10,246 nt of DNA from Nitrososphaerota archaeon (GTDB taxonomy: Archaea > Thermoproteota > Nitrososphaeria > Nitrososphaerales > Nitrosopumilaceae). The position numbers were made by a program, and so were the translations under genes. Shown here in pieces: positions 6,214 to 10,246 of the stretch. The DNA lies in NCBI GenBank assembly GCA_002317795.1, contig NVWC01000001.1:28968-39213 (forward strand). Direction: 5' to 3'. Position 1 is the stretch's first letter. Each line of letters starts with the position of its first letter. Under the pieces are notes generated by a model, which saw only the letters and a program-made list of their open reading frames with translations, was not told the DNA's origin and made no database searches.

Positions 6214-8217
6214 TTAATTGATTTGAATAATTCCTTTTTGAACTAAATATTTAATTCCGCCAATAAAATCATCCTCACTGATTGTTCCACTAGCCCACCA
6301 ACCAGCATTAGTTTTAATCCAATCAGGGATTTTTGTGGTAGTTGACTCAGAAGAAGGTGGTAAATTATCAATATTAATTATTTTTTCTTTTATCATATGT
6401 TGTAATCCACCAACAAATTCATCATCTCCAAGCTGACCATCTGACCACCACTTTGCATTATTTTTAATCCAATCAGGGATTTTTTTAGAAGTAATTTGAG
6501 ATGTCGTTGGTGCTAAAGGAAATTTGTTTGGGGTTGGTTCTGATGTAATGTTTGGAATTGGTTTTGGTTTAGCAATTGGAATTGATTCTGGTACAATGTT
6601 TACAGATGGTTCTGTTTTAGCGTCTGGAAGTATTTTAAAATTAGTAATTTTTACATTGTCTGTTCCATATGGTAATGATATAACAGCATTAGCTTCACCA
6701 CCTATTGCAGTTGCTGTAGAATATGTATGAGTTATTTTTTTATCATTTACAAATACAGATAAAACTTTAGCATATCCATTAGATACAGTGTAATCAGGGG
6801 TTCGAATTTTAATTACCATTGAATCATATTTTGGACTAGATGTTGTAAAAATTATTGATTTATCATTACAATCAAGTATAACTTTCTTAAATTCTCCTTC
6901 ATCTAATGAAACTCGAAATGAATGGGTTTTTTGTAAAATTCCCCATGAGAGATAGATATCATCAAATGCTTCCTTAATCTCAGGATAGTTACAGTCATCT
7001 AAAAAATCATAAGTAACTCCTCTCAATACTAATTCTTTTTGAGATAAAGTAGAACCTCCAGGAATATTCATAATTGATTCAGTACTGGATTGTGCACTAG
7101 AGAAGAATTCAGCAGGCCATGATATCTCAAAGGAATTAGTTGGGCTAATTTCATTTCTAAATTGTGCTGTTATTGTGTATACACCAGCAACAACATCATC
7201 ACCAAACCACAGATAATTCTCAAAGTAACCATCTTTTGTGCCTATTAATTTTTGTACGGTAGTTATTCCATCAGGATCAGTTACACTAAGTAAAATTCTG
7301 ACACCTCTCAAATAATCTTCTACTTCACCAAAAATTTTGATATAAGTTATAAAATCTCGTTGTAAAAGACCTAAACTTTGATCAATTTCCAAACTAATTA
7401 ATTCTGAATATGTTTCAGTAATGACTGGGATTTTAGTAATTACAGGCTTTTTCATTGCTAAAGGTTTTGTTGTTGGGGCCTTTGGTTTTTCGTCAATTTT
7501 TAGTTCATCTAAAATAGGTGCCATAGTTTCATGAAATATTGGTTGGCCGTCATTTAAAATTTTAAATGAATCAATAGTATGTGAAAGTATTTTTTTGTTA
7601 TATGGTGTATTACTTGGATTTGTTGTTTCACCAAAGACTACAACTAAATCATCACCATATGGAATTAAATTTACATAAACTATCCACCATTCCGTTTCTG
7701 TCTTGCCTGTAAGAGTTCCATCATGAGAAGCGTATCTCCATTTTTCATGCCACTCATAAGTTACACTATAAGCATGACGTCCATCAATTGTTTTTTCAGC
7801 AAATTCAAAATTTTTAATTTCTAGACAAGATATGAAACCAGTATCTACAGGTACATCAAAAAATATTGGTTCATCAATTGAATCTATACACCATTGTCTT
7901 TGATAATTTTCAAAATATTTGGATACTTCACGAAAATTTTCTAGATCAATTTTTTGGCCAACATCATGTTGAACACCCATTTGAATCCACTTGTCCCAAC
8001 CATCATACCATCGAGAATAATATGTTCTATCAGGAAATTCAGATTTATCAATATCTGCAAAAATTTTGTAATGTTTTTCAATTTCAATTCCAATATTGTA
8101 AAATGGATCTTCATGTGAGTCATACTCTACTGCAAAAACATTTGAGGGTACAAAAAAACCTAATAACATTACAAGTGATATTGTAGAAATTAAAATTGAA
8201 TAATGTGGTTTTTTCAT
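6214..8217 (-). CDS. Secreted/surface protein with PsbP-like N-terminal region, Ig-like domain and two C-terminal thaumarchaeal IPDWIKNNAxWW repeats
   Basis: Signal peptide MKKPHYSILISTISLVMLLGFFVPSNVFA; TIDGRHAYSVTY...TIDSFKIL resembles a PsbP-like fold (tentative); SVTDPDG...AGVYTITAQF Ig-like; KIPDWIKNNAKWWSDGQLGDDEFVGGLQHMI and KIPDWIKTNAGWWASGTISEDDFIGGIKYLV. Confidence 0.9.
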   Translation of the reverse strand: MKKPHYSILISTISLVMLLGFFVPSNVFAVEYDSHEDPFYNIGIEIEKHYKIFADIDKSEFPDRTYYSRWYDGWDKWIQMGVQHDVGQKIDLENFREVSKYFENYQRQWCIDSIDEPIFFDVPVDTGFISCLEIKNFEFAEKTIDGRHAYSVTYEWHEKWRYASHDGTLTGKTETEWWIVYVNLIPYGDDLVVVFGETTNPSNTPYNKKILSHTIDSFKILNDGQPIFHETMAPILDELKIDEKPKAPTTKPLAMKKPVITKIPVITETYSELISLEIDQSLGLLQRDFITYIKIFGEVEDYLRGVRILLSVTDPDGITTVQKLIGTKDGYFENYLWFGDDVVAGVYTITAQFRNEISPTNSFEISWPAEFFSSAQSSTESIMNIPGGSTLSQKELVLRGVTYDFLDDCNYPEIKEAFDDIYLSWGILQKTHSFRVSLDEGEFKKVILDCNDKSIIFTTSSPKYDSMVIKIRTPDYTVSNGYAKVLSVFVNDKKITHTYSTATAIGGEANAVISLPYGTDNVKITNFKILPDAKTEPSVNIVPESIPIAKPKPIPNITSEPTPNKFPLAPTTSQITSKKIPDWIKNNAKWWSDGQLGDDEFVGGLQHMIKEKIINIDNLPPSSESTTTKIPDWIKTNAGWWASGTISEDDFIGGIKYLVQKGIIQIN
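6312..6484. repeat. Intragenic direct repeat (23 nt identical, period 150) encoding KIPDWIK
   Basis: TTTTAATCCAATCAGGGATTTTT at 6312-6334 and 6462-6484. Confidence 0.85.
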
Positions 8218-8242
8218 GCCTAATAATAAAACATCATAGAAT

Positions 8243-8250
8243 TACTTAAG
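8243..8250 (-). promoter_or_regulatory. TATA-like box CTTAAGTA of the 667-aa gene
   Basis: Begins 33 nt upstream of the ATG at 8217, inside a 39-bp intergenic gap. Confidence 0.5.
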
Positions 8251-8256
8251 GATAAA

Positions 8257-9070
8257 TCATTTTGATATATTTTTCTTAACCCCCATAATTGCTATTATTG
8301 GAATTCCAAGATACATTCCAAGATTAATAATGATTAAGGATATCCCATAACCTAAAACTTTAGAGTCTGAATCTATATCAACATAGTTTAGAATCGACAG
8401 ACTAGAAATCAAAGGAGTAAGTGTTAGTTTAACTATCTCTTTGAATATTGGACTTTCTCGTTCATAGTCTGCAATGTATGGACTAAATGAATAATAAAAT
8501 TCGTTAAATGATTTCATGAACGAAGTTCCAAATTCTGTTTGTAGTAATTTGCTATCTCGAAGTTCTCGTAATTGTTGTACTGGTGATGCTAGTTCTGAAC
8601 CATAAGTTGCAGTTGAAATTAGACAACCTCCTCCTCCTCCACCACCACCACTACCAAAACCACTAGAACAATTATCAGCTACTGCATGTGCAATTCTATA
8701 TTCAGCATTTGTAGACTCCATTGCTAAAATTTTTCCATTTTGAATAATTGTAACAACCACAAAACCAAAATCAGTATATTTTTGAATCAACCCTTGCGCC
8801 AAACCTAATTGGCCACAAGAAACAGTATATTTTGCATCACCATTTCCTTGTTTTGTAGAGGAACCTAAATCACCTCCGGAGATTTCTCCTGACCAAGATG
8901 TATTTGAATAAATTAACACAACATCTTTGCCAGAAATTTTATTACTTTCATTGATCAATTCTCGATCAATCTTTGGATTAACAATCCCCCACTGTAGCTG
9001 CAAATGCATCAGTAAATGAAAAGAAAATTAATCCAAATAGAAATAGAAATAAAAATACCAGAGTCTTCAT
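8257..9070 (-). CDS. CFI-box-CTERM domain surface protein, frameshifted just after its signal peptide (main ORF 8257..9009)
   Basis: The main ORF has a poly-Gly linker, GGCLISTATYGSELASPVQQLRELRD and a C-terminal TM helix. ATG 9070 (ATGA overlap with the upstream stop) encodes MKTLVFLFLFLFGLIFFSFTDAFAATVG in another frame, stopping at 8980-8978. Deleting one base of the G5 run (8986-8990) gives a 270-aa protein. Confidence 0.85.
8283..8631. repeat. CFI-box-CTERM coding repeat, copy B
   Basis: See copy A; offset 7632. Confidence 0.85.
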
Positions 9071-9545
9071 CTGACAGACTCCATTTTCTGAAAGTAAAAA
9101 TATGCATTAACTCCACCTGAAATACCTCCAGAACTAGCTTGTTTTCCTTCATCAATTGCCATTAATCTATACCCTTCTGCTGTCAAATCATCATAAGCAA
9201 TGATAAATTCTACTTGAGCACCCCCCCCATGCTCTTTGTAAAATAGCAATTCGTTCATTTTTGAATTGGATTATTCCATTTTTATTCCAATGTGATTTGT
9301 ATTCAGGAGTTCTTGCTTTTAGTACTTGAAGTTGTTGAGAAAATTCAACTTTCTGTTTATTTTTCATTTCTTTATTGGATTCTTTAGATTCTTTCTTTCC
9401 CGTTTCATAACAGTCATTATAATACATATCATCATCAATCATTTCTGGAGGAACTGGAATATTCTTATAATTTAGATCAGATATTTTCCATTTGATTGAA
9501 AGTCTCCCCATATCTTTTTTTACATGAAATACACTCTTGCCCCAT
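9067..9545 (-). pseudogene. Hypothetical protein with N-terminal CxxC zinc-finger-like region, split by two homopolymer frameshifts (joins track ORFs 9191..9511 and 9067..9258)
   Basis: ATG 9545 gives MGQECISCKK. Removing one A of the A7 run (9515-9521) continues DMGRLSIKW...ILQRAWG, and removing one G of the G8 run (9221-9228) continues GAQVEFIIAYDDLTAEGYRLMAIDEGK...FQKMESVR*. The restored protein is 158 aa. Confidence 0.78.
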
Positions 9546-9567
9546 AATGATTATCATATGTTATCAT

Positions 9568-9575
9568 TATTTAAG
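9568..9575 (-). promoter_or_regulatory. TATA-like box CTTAAATA
   Basis: Begins 30 nt upstream of ATG 9545, supporting that start. Confidence 0.5.
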
Positions 9576-9732
9576 ATGCGTCTAATGTGGCACTAATCAT
9601 ATCTGAATTAAATTTCAATTTTTATCTATTTTAAAAAAACTTACAATTTGTAAAAAACATAAAATCCATAAATTAATTTAAAAAAAAGTAAAATCAATAT
9701 CCTTAAAAGTAGTTCAAACTAATTATAGAAAT

Positions 9733-9756
9733 ATGACAAAACATAGTGTTTGTCAT
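9733..9756. promoter_or_regulatory. Inverted repeat ATGACAAA-N8-TTTGTCAT, candidate operator
   Basis: Perfect 8-bp arms (9733-9740, 9749-9756) in the divergent intergenic region. Confidence 0.45.
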
Positions 9757-9815
9757 CTACAGGTTAGGGGTATAAAGAATGAAGGTTCTTATAATATCAA
9801 AATAATTCATGCTAG

Positions 9816-9823
9816 TTTAATAT
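9816..9823 (+). promoter_or_regulatory. TATA-like box TTTAATAT of the GIY-YIG gene
   Basis: Begins 29 nt upstream of ATG 9845. Confidence 0.55.
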
Positions 9824-9844
9824 CTAGTACAATATTCAACAATT

Positions 9845-10162
9845 ATGGAATTACTTGAAGACAAAATGAGGGTTTGGATGGCTAGTGCATCATTTGTAAA
9901 ACCTATGTCAGGAGTTTATGTATTCTATAATAGAAAAAGAGAGGTAATTTACGTTGGTGATTCAACAAATTTAGAGAAAACATTTTCAGAATATGTTGAT
10001 AAAGATTTTGATGGAGACGAATGTAAACAAAAAACACAATTTTATCAAAGAGAGTTTATTGAAAATCCTAAAGAACGTCGATTGCAATTGATTGAAGAAT
10101 TCAAAAATCAAACAGGGAACATGCCTGCATGTAATACTGAGATTCAAATAGAAACTCAATAA
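9845..10162 (+). CDS. Stand-alone GIY-YIG superfamily protein (UvrC N-terminal-like), degenerate active site
   Basis: SGVYVFYNRKREVIYVGDSTNL matches the GIY-(x)n-YIG motif; C-terminal PACN matches the PxxN motif; 105 aa. Confidence 0.85.
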   Translation: MELLEDKMRVWMASASFVKPMSGVYVFYNRKREVIYVGDSTNLEKTFSEYVDKDFDGDECKQKTQFYQREFIENPKERRLQLIEEFKNQTGNMPACNTEIQIETQ

Positions 10163-10246
10163 TTTAATTAATATCAAAAAATAATTTCATAAGTATTACT
10201 GATGTAATGATTTCCGTATGAATTTTAGTAAATAGTAAAACAATGA

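Noticed and set aside
6524-8186. Short ORFs 6524..6730, 7866..8186 and 7941..8123
   Set aside because: Nested within or antisense to the 667-aa gene, with no independent evidence.
651-8631. Diversity-generating retroelement TR/VR pair suggested by the long repeats
   Set aside because: Both copies are coding conserved anchor domains, I saw no adenine-specific mismatch pattern, and there is no reverse transcriptase in the window.
9986-10177. Minus-strand 63-aa ORF
   Set aside because: Antisense to the GIY-YIG gene.

Overview
AT-rich archaeal DNA with hallmarks of Nitrosopumilus-like Thaumarchaeota (CFI-box-CTERM proteins, IPDWIKNNAxWW repeats, thaumarchaeal-type cupredoxin domains). A minus-strand cell-surface gene cluster lies between the 5' end of a superfamily 2 helicase (left edge) and a divergent, degenerate GIY-YIG gene (right). 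The cluster holds a ~1530-aa secreted mosaic protein (TSP3 Ca-binding repeats, two type-1 copper domains, TPRs, Pro/Thr linker, Ig-like domains), a 667-aa surface protein and two CFI-box-CTERM genes whose 3' ends form a direct repeat 7632 bp apart. Reading by hand adds things the ORF track misses: a broken PLD-like (HDR motif) ORF at 310-640, three +1 homopolymer frameshifts in a two-gene operon at 8257-9545, and likely non-canonical starts (CTG, ACG) located 29 nt from TATA-like boxes. No RNA genes, CRISPR arrays or transposases were seen. Family assignments come from motif recognition, not database searches.
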